Shown here: in pieces, positions 9,459 to 19,430 of the stretch | How positions within the stretch are numbered: position 1 is the stretch's first letter | How the letters are laid out: each line of letters opens with the position of its first letter | DNA from: Candidatus Eiseniibacteriota bacterium | GTDB lineage: Bacteria > Eisenbacteria > RBG-16-71-46 > CAVPCR01 | Assembly (NCBI GenBank): GCA_963823555.1 | Contig: CAWGMA010000001.1 | Coordinates: 1,120,001-1,184,000 of the forward strand | DNA: 64,000 nt | Reading direction: 5' to 3' | The notes under the pieces: model-generated | The model's input: the letters and a program-made list of their open reading frames with translations, nothing else | What the model was told of the DNA's origin: nothing | Databases searched by the model: none | Made by a program: the position numbers and the translations under genes

Positions 9459-9902
9459 GTGCCGGGCGTATACATCGGGGAAGACCTGCATTCCATCGAC
9501 GCCAAGGGACGCCTCAACGTACCGGCGCGCCATCGCCGGGTCGCGGCCAAGCACGGGGGCCTCACGCTCTGGATCATGCCGGGTTTCGAGGAATGTCTCG
9601 TCATCCTCGATGACGAGGGCTACCACGCATTCGCGGATCGGATTCGAAGCTTGCCCATGAACGCCGAGGAGGCGCGCCTGTTCGAGCGCAAGCTCTACCC
9701 GCGCATCGCCGAGGCGGAACCTGATCAGCAAGGTCGGATCGTCATCCCGGAGAATCTGCGGCGGTATGCCGGTCTCGAGGGCGAGGCTCTCTTGCGCGGG
9801 ACCAACAACCGCATCGAAGTCTGGAATCCGGCTCGCTGGGCGAACTATGAGGCGGCTCACGACCAGTCCATGGCCGAGATTGCCAAGAATCTCATCTTCT
9901 GA
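9459..9902 (+). CDS. mraZ: Division/cell wall cluster transcriptional repressor MraZ
   Basis: Two DxxGR motifs (IDAKGRL, PDQQGRI), IEVW. First gene of the dcw cluster. Confidence 0.95.
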   Translation: MPGVYIGEDLHSIDAKGRLNVPARHRRVAAKHGGLTLWIMPGFEECLVILDDEGYHAFADRIRSLPMNAEEARLFERKLYPRIAEAEPDQQGRIVIPENLRRYAGLEGEALLRGTNNRIEVWNPARWANYEAAHDQSMAEIAKNLIF

Positions 9903-9912
9903 TGGGTGAATC

Positions 9913-10848
9913 GTGGGGCTCCAATCAGCCCACCGTCCGGTCCTGGTCGCCGAGGTGCTCGCGCATCTCGTCACGGACCTGACCGGCAGGTACGTGGACC
10001 TCACGGTCGGGGGGGGAGGACATGCCGAAGCGATTCTCATGGCTCTTGCACCCGCGGGGACACTCCTCGGTGTAGATCGCGATCCGGCACAGGTGGCCTT
10101 GGCCTCCATGCGTCTCGCCCGGTTCGGTGCCCGGGTCGAGGTGGTGGTGGGACGGGCTCAGGATCTTACAGCGATCCTCGCAGTTCGGGGGATCGAGCAG
10201 GTGGACGGCGTGCTGCTCGACCTGGGGCTCTCCAGTGACCAACTAGCTGCGGGCCGGGGATTCAGCTTCGAGGGCGACGCCCCCCTCGACCTGCGATTCA
10301 ACCCCGGCGAGGACCGCGAGACGGCTGCTCAGCTACTGGAGCGGCTCGAGGACACCGAGATCGCCGAGCTCCTCATGAGCTACGGCGAGTTCCCTCGCGG
10401 TCAGGCCCACCGGCTGGCCCGCCGCCTGGTGCAAACCCGGGATCGCGCGCCCTTGGCGCGGGTGGCGGACCTCCGTGCCGCCGTGCTCCCCCTCCTGCCT
10501 CCGGCGCGTCGCGCCCAGACGCTTGCTCGCATCTTCCAGACCTTGCGCATCGCGGTGAACGACGAGCTCGACCAGGTCGAGGGCAGCCTCCATGCCGCAT
10601 CCGATGCGCTGCGCCCGCACGGCGTGCTGTGCGTCATTTCCTACCACTCACTCGAGGATCGCATGGTGAAGCGGTTCTTGAGCCCCCCGGCTCCGCCGCG
10701 ACGCGATCTGCCGCCGCCGCCTGGATGGCCGGTGCCACGTTTCGTTCTGCTCACGCGAGGAGCCGTGCGCCCCTCGCCGGAGGAGATCTCGTTGAACCCA
10801 CGGGCCCGCAGCGCACGCCTGCGTGCGGGCCGGCGGAGGGATGGATGA
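9913..10848 (+). CDS. rsmH: 16S rRNA m4C1402 methyltransferase RsmH
   Basis: HRPVL, DLTVGGGGHA, DLGLSSDQL, ISYHSLEDR, NPRARSARLR. Confidence 0.97.
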   Translation: MGLQSAHRPVLVAEVLAHLVTDLTGRYVDLTVGGGGHAEAILMALAPAGTLLGVDRDPAQVALASMRLARFGARVEVVVGRAQDLTAILAVRGIEQVDGVLLDLGLSSDQLAAGRGFSFEGDAPLDLRFNPGEDRETAAQLLERLEDTEIAELLMSYGEFPRGQAHRLARRLVQTRDRAPLARVADLRAAVLPLLPPARRAQTLARIFQTLRIAVNDELDQVEGSLHAASDALRPHGVLCVISYHSLEDRMVKRFLSPPAPPRRDLPPPPGWPVPRFVLLTRGAVRPSPEEISLNPRARSARLRAGRRRDG

Positions 10849-11426
10849 CAAGCTACCAGCGACCCGGGCGCCGGCCTGGGTTTGGTTCATGGCGGCGCGA
10901 CGCTCTGTTCACCGTCGCGCTCGCCGTTTCGATAGGGCTCATCGTCACGCGCCTCGTGGCCGGTGTCTCCATGCTCGATCAGGCTCAGGCCGTCGGAAAG
11001 CTGGAGCAGGACATCGAGATCCTCGCGCGCGAAGTCGATCGGGAGCACGTGGAGGTGGGGCGTTTGACTGCCTTGTCGCGGATCGAAGGTCGAGCCTTGG
11101 AGCTTGGACTTTCCCGCACCGAATCCGGGGCTGTCAGACTGCTCGCATCCGGCGAGCTCCCCGTGGTACCCGAAGCACGTCCGCTCGGGGCACCCGGAGC
11201 CGGCGCCCGCGGGAGCTGGTTGTTTCGCGTTTGGAATTCGGCGCGAGTGTCGGTCGCGCAGGCCGACATCTCCGCTCGGGAAAGGGCGGGAGCGGTCGTG
11301 GGAGGAGCGGTTCCTGTCGCTCCGGCCGCGGCATCCGCTCTCGCCGCAGGTGGAACTGGCGGCGAGGGCGTTGAGCAGTGCGAGATCTGCCGCGCCATCG
11401 CCGCCGGCAAGAAGGTGAGCCACTAG
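10845..11426 (+). CDS. ftsL: FtsL-like cell division protein with an extended C-terminus
   Basis: Sits between rsmH and ftsI with an ATGA overlap. One TM segment, a coiled coil and the LSRIEGRALELGL motif. Confidence 0.65.
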   Translation: MTSYQRPGRRPGFGSWRRDALFTVALAVSIGLIVTRLVAGVSMLDQAQAVGKLEQDIEILAREVDREHVEVGRLTALSRIEGRALELGLSRTESGAVRLLASGELPVVPEARPLGAPGAGARGSWLFRVWNSARVSVAQADISARERAGAVVGGAVPVAPAAASALAAGGTGGEGVEQCEICRAIAAGKKVSH

Positions 11427-11515
11427 GGACCGGTGGCGGGTCCGACCCCGGTCGGATCCTGGACAGGACCGGCGTTTCGATCGAAGTTCGGCCCAGGGAT
11501 GGGAGATTGTCGGCA

Positions 11516-13795
11516 ATGCGTCTTGTGATTCGCGGTCGCCGCACGGGCCAGAGCCGCAGCCGTGCATTCAAGCGGCGGCATGCCGGGCGGCCGTGGCGAT
11601 CCGTGGTCGAAGGTGCCCTGGAGGCTCGCGGGGGGGTGCTGCCACCCGTGGCCGCGCGCGTCGCCATCGTTCGGATCCTGCTCGTTATCGGGTTCTCGAT
11701 CCTCGTCGTTCGCCTGTTCTGCCTCCAGATTCTCGATCACAGCGACTTCTCGCGCCGCGCCATGGTCCAGCAGGAGCGGCGGGTCCCGGTAGCCGCCGTC
11801 CGCGGTGATGTGGTGGACCGTGAGGGACGCGTGCTGCTCCATACGCTCACTTGCCGCACGCTCGTGGCTCGCCCGGCCGCAATCGCCGATCGGGACGCCC
11901 TGGCCAAGGCGCTGGCTCCGATCATCCATCGTCCGGCGGCGGAGATCCGCCGCTCGCTGTCGAAGCGCGCTCGCCTGATCGAACTGGACAGCCAGGTGGA
12001 CCTCGAGGAAGCCGCTGCACTCGGCCGCTTGCGCCTCGCGGGTTTGAGCATCGAAGAGGCCGGCCGGCGCGTGAAGCTGATCGATGGCTGCGATCTTCTC
12101 GGGGCCGTGAACCGCGACGGGGTTGGTGACGAGGGCATTGAGCGCGCGATGGAGGAGTTCCTGCGCGGGCAGAGCGGCTGGGAGACGCGCTTCACCAAGG
12201 CCGACGGGCGCGTGATTCCGCTGCCGGGTGGGACGGCCAAGCCGGCCACGCCCGGCGACCGCGTCGTCCTGACCATCGATGCCAGCACGCAATGGATGGT
12301 GGAGGACGCGCTGGCTCGAGCCGTGGACGAGCATTCCGCACGCGGTGGATCGGCGGTACTCGTCGAGGTCGAGAGCGGGGAGGTGATCGCGCTCGCTGCG
12401 GTCGGGGCCGCTGGCCCGGGCGCGGGCCGTCGCGCCAACCGCCTTGCACCCATCGAGGACACCTTCGAACCCGGCTCCACCTTCAAGATCGTGACCTTCG
12501 CCGCCGCCCTCGACAAGGGGTTGGTCGACGACAACTCGGTCTTCTTTGCCGAGAATGGCCGCGCCCGGCTCGGCCCTTGCGAGATCCGCGATGTGAAGAA
12601 GATGGGCTGGCTGTGCACGGCCGACGTGATCGCTCAATCATCGAACATCGCCACGGCCAAGATCGGGCTCCAGGTTGGGGCTCAGGATCTCTACGCCGCT
12701 GCCCGCCGGCTCGGCTTCGGCATGCCAACGCACATCGAACTGCCCGGAGAAGTCGGTGGCATCCTGCGCCCGGTCGAGGCGTGGAGTGGACGTTCGACGC
12801 CGACCGTGGCCATCGGCCAGGAGGTGGCGGTGACGTCGCTCCAGATGGTCATGGCCTATGCCGCCATTGCGGGCGGGGGTGAGCTGCGCCGTCCCCGGAT
12901 CGTGCGCGAGGTCATTCGCGCGGACGGCCAAGTCCGCCTGAGCTCCACTCCCGAGGTGGTGCGGCGGGTGATGAGCCCGGAGACGGCGGCGACACTGACC
13001 CGTTACCTGACCCGGGTGGTCGAGCACGGCACGGGGAAGCGGGCCCGGGTGCCGGGGGTCCTGGTCGCTGGGAAGACCGGCACGGCGCAGAAGGCGCGCA
13101 CCGACGGTCGGGGGTATGCTCAAGGGCGGTATGTCTCTTCGTTCATCGGGTTCTTCCCCGCGGATCGTCCCCGCTATGCGCTGACGGTCTCGATCGACGA
13201 GCCCGCCGGAATGCACTATGGCGGGGAGGTGGCGGCGCCCGTATTCCGGGAGGTGGCCACGGCCCTCTTGGGTCCCACGAACCAGGTTCAAGGATTGGAG
13301 CTGGTCTCGGTTCCCGCCGAGCGGAAGGCGGTTGAGGCCGTGGTCCCCGATCTCAAGTTCCTGACCCCGGAAGCGGCGCGGGCGCGTCTGGCCGCCATGG
13401 ACTTGATCCCGGCCATGGTCGCCGATGGCGAGCGCATCTTGACCCAGGAACCCGAGGCCGGTTCCCACGTTCCGGTGCGAACGGTCATCAAGCTCGGATG
13501 CGAGCCGGCTGCCGCGGCGGCCATGCCCGATGTCCAGGGGCTCTCGCTCCGGGAGGCACTGAGCCGCCTCCGCGGCCTGGGCCTCGAGGTGCGAGTGCAG
13601 GGTTCGGGGCGGGTGGTCACCCAGTCCATCGCTCCCGGCACCGAGCTCAAGGCGGCGCGGTTGTGCCGGCTGGTTCTCGATACCAGCGAGCACGGGCCGA
13701 GAGGGCGCCGTCAGCCCACCAGGCCCGCTTCCGAGCGGGAAGTGCCGTCGATCATCGCCGCAGCCGAAGTCGGCGGCGGTGGCCACCACCGTTGA
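11516..13795 (+). CDS. ftsI: Class B penicillin-binding protein FtsI/PBP3 with two PASTA domains; start uncertain
   Basis: RGDVVDREG, EPGSTFK (SxxK), SSN (SxN), KTGTAQK. C-terminal VPDL and MPDVQGLS PASTA repeats. Confidence 0.93.
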   Translation: MRLVIRGRRTGQSRSRAFKRRHAGRPWRSVVEGALEARGGVLPPVAARVAIVRILLVIGFSILVVRLFCLQILDHSDFSRRAMVQQERRVPVAAVRGDVVDREGRVLLHTLTCRTLVARPAAIADRDALAKALAPIIHRPAAEIRRSLSKRARLIELDSQVDLEEAAALGRLRLAGLSIEEAGRRVKLIDGCDLLGAVNRDGVGDEGIERAMEEFLRGQSGWETRFTKADGRVIPLPGGTAKPATPGDRVVLTIDASTQWMVEDALARAVDEHSARGGSAVLVEVESGEVIALAAVGAAGPGAGRRANRLAPIEDTFEPGSTFKIVTFAAALDKGLVDDNSVFFAENGRARLGPCEIRDVKKMGWLCTADVIAQSSNIATAKIGLQVGAQDLYAAARRLGFGMPTHIELPGEVGGILRPVEAWSGRSTPTVAIGQEVAVTSLQMVMAYAAIAGGGELRRPRIVREVIRADGQVRLSSTPEVVRRVMSPETAATLTRYLTRVVEHGTGKRARVPGVLVAGKTGTAQKARTDGRGYAQGRYVSSFIGFFPADRPRYALTVSIDEPAGMHYGGEVAAPVFREVATALLGPTNQVQGLELVSVPAERKAVEAVVPDLKFLTPEAARARLAAMDLIPAMVADGERILTQEPEAGSHVPVRTVIKLGCEPAAAAAMPDVQGLSLREALSRLRGLGLEVRVQGSGRVVTQSIAPGTELKAARLCRLVLDTSEHGPRGRRQPTRPASEREVPSIIAAAEVGGGGHHR

Positions 13796-13805
13796 GGGAG
13801 ATGGG

Positions 13806-15364
13806 ATGCTGGTGAACACACTGCCCAAGCCGGGATCGAATCCGGAGCCGGGAGCGGATGTGGGGGGAGGGCCCCGTGCGCTCCCGTTCTCGGACCTCGC
13901 TCGTGGGCTGGGTGAGCTCAAGGGCCATCCGGATGTCCTCGTGCGCGGGCTGGCGATCGACTCGCGGGCCGTCGTCCCTGGTACCTGCTTCGTGGCTCGT
14001 CGCGGCCTTCATGTCGACGGACATCGCTTCGTTGTCGAAGCGGTGGCCCAGGGGGCGGTGGCTCTCGTGGTCGAGACCGTCGATCCTGACGTCGGCGGCC
14101 TCGACGTGCCGATTCTCAGAGTCGCTGCGGCGGACATCGCGCTCGCCCATCTGGCCTGTCGCTTCTACGCGCATCCGTCGCACGAGTTGAGCGTGGTCGG
14201 TGTCACCGGCACCAACGGCAAGACCACGACGACGCATCTCGTGGCCGGCGCCTTCGCCGCCGGGGGCAGCGATCCGCGATCTTCGGCACGCTGGGCTTTG
14301 GCCATCCATCACGGGAGCTCACGAAGACCGAGCACACGACGCCACCAGCCACGGATTTTCAGCGCATCCTGCGCCAGTTCGCCGACAGCCGGGTCCAGGT
14401 GGTAGCCGCGGAAATCTCCTCTCACGCGCTGAAAACAGCGCGAACGCTGGGTACGCGCTTTGCGGCGGGCATCTTCACCAATCTGACGCGCGATCACCTC
14501 GATTTCCATCGGGACGAGAGCGACTACCTGAACTCGAAGCTCCGTCTCTTCGATCGCGCTGCGCGCGGCGACGAACACAGGATGCTGGCCATCGTCAATG
14601 CTGATGATGCGATGGGATCGCTGTTCGCCGCTGCTGCCCGCCGTTCGGGCGATCGCCTGCTTACCACCTCCATGCGTGCCGGAGCGGATGTGGTGGCCGA
14701 AGAGTTGGCCCTCGGTCCCGCCGGATCCGACCTCTGGGTCTCCCATCCGGCAGGTCGCACGCGGCTCCATCTCGCGCTGGCCGGAACCTACAACGTGGCC
14801 AATGCGCTGGGGGCGTTCGCTGCGGCGATCGGCCTCGGCGTGGATGCCGAGACGGCGGCCCAGGGTCTCGCCGGTGTTGATCGCGTACCGGGACGTCTCG
14901 AGCGGGTCGAGGATGCCGGGGAATTCACGGTCCTCGTCGACTATGCCCACACGCCGGACGCGCTGGCCACGGTGCTGGCCACGGCACGCGGCGTGACCCG
15001 GGGACGACTGATCACGGTCTTCGGCTGCGGGGGCGACCGCGATCGGGGGAAGCGTCCCCTGATGGCCGAAGTCGGGAGCCGGCTCGCCGATCTGGCCATT
15101 CTCACCAGCGACAACCCGCGGAGCGAAGATCCCGCAGCCATCCTCGACGAGATGGTCGCCGGCGTGCCCAGTGGACGGACGGTCGAGATCATCGTCGATC
15201 GCCGCGCCGCCATTGCTCGAGCCGTCGAGCAGGCACGGCCGGGAGATGTCATTGTCATTGCCGGCAAGGGGCACGAGACCGTGCAGATCGTCGGCGATCG
15301 CCGCCTACCTTTCGACGACCGGGAGGAGGCGCGGCGCGCGTTGCGCGCTCGCCGGGCGCCCTGA
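13806..15364 (+). CDS. murE: UDP-MurNAc-Ala-Glu:meso-DAP ligase MurE, interrupted by a 1-nt frameshift near 14262-14266
   Basis: The 5' part has GVTGTNGKTTT. A shifted frame continues AIFGTLG...HTTP...EISSHAL, FTNLTRDHLDFH, VDYAHTPD, GCGGDRD, SDNPR, AGKGHE. Confidence 0.93.
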
Positions 15365-16878
15365 TGGCAGAGAGACTCGTGATGGTGGATCACACGACAG
15401 ACCCCGCAGCGGAGGCGCTTCTCGATCGGCACGATATCGAGATGGCGCTGGCTCCGCTCGGGGCCGAGTGGAGTGCTGATGCCGGTCCATGGCCGCCCAT
15501 CACCGGCGGTGCCCTCGACAGCCGGGTCCTCCGCCCGGGAGAGATCTTCTTCGCGCTGCCGGGCGAGCACGTGCATGGGGCCCGGTTCGTGGTGGAAGCC
15601 CTGGCCCGTGGCGCCGCGCTCGCCATCGTGGCTCGGGGCGATCGGGCCTGGGTGCCCGATGCAGCCGACCCGCGCCGTGTGGTTTGGGTGGACGATGCCC
15701 AGGCCGCGCTGACGGCCCTCGGCCGGACGGCGCGCGCCCGGGCGCGCGATCTCACCGTCATCGGCGTCACCGGTTCCTATGGCAAGACGACGACCAAGGA
15801 CATGATCGCCGCCGTGCTCGCCCCGGCGTTCCCGGTGCACAGGACTCCCGGCAATTACAACAACCATCTGGGTGTGCCGCTGACGCTCCTCGGGCTCAAG
15901 CCCGAGCATCGAGCCGCGGTGATCGAGCTCGGGATGAATGCGCCGGGTGAGATCGCCACGTTGGCCGCACTGGCCGCGCCGCGACTCGGCGTGGTGACCG
16001 GTATCGGGCGGGCGCATCTGGCGGGGTTGGGTTCGAAGGCGGCCATCATCGCCGCCAAGCTCGAGCTGACCGCTGCGCTGGGTCCCCATGGGCTCCTCGT
16101 CATCCCCGCTGATGATCCCGACCTCCTCTCCGCCGCCAAGCGCACCGGAGTGCGGCTACTCACGGTTGGCACGGGATCTTCCAGCGTCCGGCCGGAGCTC
16201 GCCGCGACCTCGATCGCCGTGAATGCGGATGGTGTGAGTTTCCAGCTCCGGGGTCTGGGCCTTGACGGGCTCGGAGTGACCTTGCCGGTCCCCGGACGAG
16301 TGCTGGTCCTGAACGCTCTCCTGGCCCTCGCCGTGGGGGCCACTCTCGGCGTTCCCAGTGCGGCGATGGTGGCGGCGCTGGCGCAGATCCAGCTTCCCGC
16401 CCGTCGCTTCACCCTCCGCCGCGCCGGAGACCTGATCGTTCTCGACGATTGCTACAACGCGAACCCCGAGTCGATGGCCGCCGCGCTCACCATGCTCGGC
16501 GAGCTGGCGGTCAGTCGCCGGATCGGCGTGCTCGGGGATATGCGCGAGCTGGGAGACATCACTCGCGCGGCCCATACGGAGGTGGGGGACCGCGCCGGAC
16601 GGGTGCTCGATCGGTTGTACGTGATCGGGGACGAGGCGGCGACGATGGCGGCAGCGGCCCGGGAGGCCGGCATGGCATCCACGGCGATCGTCATCGCGAA
16701 CGATCGCGATGCGCTGGCGCGGCAGGTCGTCGCCGATCTCGCGGCGGGGGATGGGATCCTCGTCAAGGCATCGCGGGCCCTCGGTCTCGAGGTGGTGGTC
16801 GACTCGATCCTGGCTGCCGAGGCCGGTCGCGCCGCTGACCGCGAGACGGATGGAACGCGGGCGAGGTCGGGAGCGTAA
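15364..16878 (+). CDS. murF: UDP-MurNAc-tripeptide:D-Ala-D-Ala ligase MurF
   Basis: GVTGSYGKTTTK, NYNNHLGVP, ELGMN, DDCYNANPESM, LGDMRELG, VKASR. Confidence 0.95.
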   Translation: MAERLVMVDHTTDPAAEALLDRHDIEMALAPLGAEWSADAGPWPPITGGALDSRVLRPGEIFFALPGEHVHGARFVVEALARGAALAIVARGDRAWVPDAADPRRVVWVDDAQAALTALGRTARARARDLTVIGVTGSYGKTTTKDMIAAVLAPAFPVHRTPGNYNNHLGVPLTLLGLKPEHRAAVIELGMNAPGEIATLAALAAPRLGVVTGIGRAHLAGLGSKAAIIAAKLELTAALGPHGLLVIPADDPDLLSAAKRTGVRLLTVGTGSSSVRPELAATSIAVNADGVSFQLRGLGLDGLGVTLPVPGRVLVLNALLALAVGATLGVPSAAMVAALAQIQLPARRFTLRRAGDLIVLDDCYNANPESMAAALTMLGELAVSRRIGVLGDMRELGDITRAAHTEVGDRAGRVLDRLYVIGDEAATMAAAAREAGMASTAIVIANDRDALARQVVADLAAGDGILVKASRALGLEVVVDSILAAEAGRAADRETDGTRARSGA

Positions 16879-16882
16879 GGCC

Positions 16883-17974
16883 ATGCTCTATTACCTTCTC
16901 TACCCGCTCCACGAGATCGAGGCCCTCTCCTTCTTCAATGTCTTCCGCTATATCACCTTCCGCTCAGCCTACGCGGCGGTGACGTCGCTGACCTTGTGCT
17001 TCCTCTTCGGACCGATGGTCGTCGCCTGGCTCAGGCGGATGCAGATCACGCAGAAGATCCGCCGCGACGGGCCGGAGACCCATCTGGCGAAGGAAGGCAC
17101 GCCGACGATGGGCGGCATCCTCATTGTGGCCGCCATCGTCCTGCCCACCGTGCTGTGGGCGGACATCATGAACCGGTATGTTCTGCTCGCGCTCCTGGTC
17201 ACGGTCTGGCTCGGCCTGCTCGGCTTCATCGACGATTACCTGCACATCATTCGACGTGCTCCCAAGGGACTGCTCGGCCGCTACAAGCTCTTCGCCCAGC
17301 TCCTCCTTGGCATCGTGGTCGGTCTCGTGCTGGTACTGGATCCCGCCGATCCCGCGCTCGCCACCCGGACCAACGTGCCACTGGTCAAGGACATGATGAT
17401 CAACCTCGGGATCTTCTTCGTGCCTTTCGTCGTCCTCGTCCTCACCGGGAGCTCGAACGCGGTGAACCTGACCGATGGCCTCGACGGACTCGCTGCCGGG
17501 CTGGTCGCCTTCGCCGCCGTCGCCTTCGGCGGAATCGCCTACCTGACGGGGCATGCTCGTTTCTCCGAGTACCTCAACATCACCTACATCCCCGGGGCCG
17601 GCGAGCTCACGGTGTTCGCGGCCACCGTGATCGGAGCCGCGGTGGGTTTCCTGTGGTGGAACTGCACGCCGGCCAGCGTCTTCATGGGGGACACCGGCTC
17701 GCTGAGCCTGGGCGGAGGGCTCGCCATCATCGCCATCCTCATCAAACGCGAGCTCCTGCTGGTGCTCGTGGGCGGCGTGTTCGTGCTCGAAGCGGTCTCG
17801 GTCATGCTGCAGGTCATTTCGTTCAAGACCCGGGGGCGGCGGATCTTCCGCATGGCGCCCATCCATCATCATTTCGAGCTCAAGGGATGGGCGGAACCGA
17901 AGGTCGTGGTGCGGTTGTGGATCATTGGGGCTCTGCTCTCCCTGCTCTCGCTCTCGACGCTCAAGCTGCAGTAG
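16883..17974 (+). CDS. mraY: Phospho-MurNAc-pentapeptide transferase MraY
   Basis: KEGTPTMGG, NAVNLTDGLDGL, FMGDTGS, MAPIHHHFE. Confidence 0.97.
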   Translation: MLYYLLYPLHEIEALSFFNVFRYITFRSAYAAVTSLTLCFLFGPMVVAWLRRMQITQKIRRDGPETHLAKEGTPTMGGILIVAAIVLPTVLWADIMNRYVLLALLVTVWLGLLGFIDDYLHIIRRAPKGLLGRYKLFAQLLLGIVVGLVLVLDPADPALATRTNVPLVKDMMINLGIFFVPFVVLVLTGSSNAVNLTDGLDGLAAGLVAFAAVAFGGIAYLTGHARFSEYLNITYIPGAGELTVFAATVIGAAVGFLWWNCTPASVFMGDTGSLSLGGGLAIIAILIKRELLLVLVGGVFVLEAVSVMLQVISFKTRGRRIFRMAPIHHHFELKGWAEPKVVVRLWIIGALLSLLSLSTLKLQ

Positions 17975-18008
17975 GAGTGCGCATTCTGTGGTGGAACAGG
18001 TGATCGCC

Positions 18009-19430
18009 ATGCCAGCCAGGGAGCAAGACGGAACGCCGGCCGCCGCGGTGAACGAGCTCGCGGGCCGGCGCGTCCTGGTTCTCGGCGCCGCGCGCAGCGG
18101 GCGCGCGGTGACCGGGCTGGTGCTGGGCGCCGGAGGGCGGGTCACGCTGGCTGATCGCCGGCGTGATGCGCTCGATGCCGAACAGGTGGCCGAACTCTCG
18201 GCCCGCGGCGCCACCCTCGCCCTTGGACGTGAGGACGAGGAGCTGATCACCGGTCACGACCTCGTCGTGGTCTCGCCGGGTGTCGCCGTCGACCACCCGC
18301 TGGTCGCGGCGGCCCGATCCCTGGGCATCGAAGTGGTCGGCGAACTCGAGCTGGCAGCGCGCCGGGTGCGGGCGCCGCTCGTCGCGGTCACGGGCACGGA
18401 CGGCAAGTCGACGACGGTGACCCTGCTGGGGGCGCTGCTCGGGGCGGCCGGAAGGAAGGCTACGGTAGCCGGAAATGTCGGTCGGGCCCTGGCTCTGGTC
18501 GCCGACGATGTCGGTCCCGACGATGTGCTGGTGGTCGAGGTCTCGAGCTTCCAGCTCGAGACGGTGGACTCGTTCCGCCCGCAGGTGGGCGTTCTTCTCA
18601 ACATCGCTCCCGACCATCTGGACCGCCACCACTCCCTGGCTCATTATCGCGAGCTCAAGCTCCGCCTCTTTGCCCGCCAGCAACCCACGGACGACGCAGT
18701 CGTCCCGGCCGGATTCGGTCCGGTGCCCGGCCGCGGTCGGCGGCTCCTGTTCGGTGTCGATCCGGCGCTGGTCGACCAGGGGGCCACAGTGGTCGATGGG
18801 TGGATCGTGCAGCGGGCGACGGGAGGGGAGGAGCGCATTCTCCCGGCGGCCGATCTCGGCATTCCGGGTCCCCACAATCTCGACAACGCTCTGGCGGCGG
18901 TGGCGGCGCTCATCCGCTACGGCGTCCCGGCGTCCATCCTCGCGGCGGCGCTCGAAGGGTTCCGCGGGCTCCCGCATCGCCTGGAGACGGTGGCCACACG
19001 GGGCGGGGTGCGTTTCGTCAACGACTCCAAGGCCACCAACGTGCACGCCCTGGAGAGCGCCTTGCGTTCGTTCGAGCGCGGCGTCCATCTGATCGCCGGC
19101 GGTCGCGACAAGGCCGGGGACTTCGAATCGGTGTCGCCCTTGCTTGCGGGGCGGGTCAAGAGGGTCTATCGCATCGGGGAAGCCCGGGCTCGCCTCGAGG
19201 TCGCCTGGCCGCAAGTGCCGGGAGAGAACTGCGCGAGCCTCGATGAGGCGGTGGCGCGAGCCGCGAACTCGGCTGAGCCGGGGGATGTCGTCCTCCTGGC
19301 GCCGGGGTGCGCCAGCTTCGACATGTTCCGTGACTTCGAGGATCGAGGTGAGCAATTCCGGCGCCTGGCGCGCGACTTGCCGGGCGCAGAAGCCGTCACC
19401 GGAGCCGGTGAAGGGATGGACCAGCGATGA
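18009..19430 (+). CDS. murD: UDP-MurNAc-Ala:D-Glu ligase MurD
   Basis: VTGTDGKST, EVSSFQL, PDHLDRH, NDSKATN, LAPGCASFD. Confidence 0.95.
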   Translation: MPAREQDGTPAAAVNELAGRRVLVLGAARSGRAVTGLVLGAGGRVTLADRRRDALDAEQVAELSARGATLALGREDEELITGHDLVVVSPGVAVDHPLVAAARSLGIEVVGELELAARRVRAPLVAVTGTDGKSTTVTLLGALLGAAGRKATVAGNVGRALALVADDVGPDDVLVVEVSSFQLETVDSFRPQVGVLLNIAPDHLDRHHSLAHYRELKLRLFARQQPTDDAVVPAGFGPVPGRGRRLLFGVDPALVDQGATVVDGWIVQRATGGEERILPAADLGIPGPHNLDNALAAVAALIRYGVPASILAAALEGFRGLPHRLETVATRGGVRFVNDSKATNVHALESALRSFERGVHLIAGGRDKAGDFESVSPLLAGRVKRVYRIGEARARLEVAWPQVPGENCASLDEAVARAANSAEPGDVVLLAPGCASFDMFRDFEDRGEQFRRLARDLPGAEAVTGAGEGMDQR

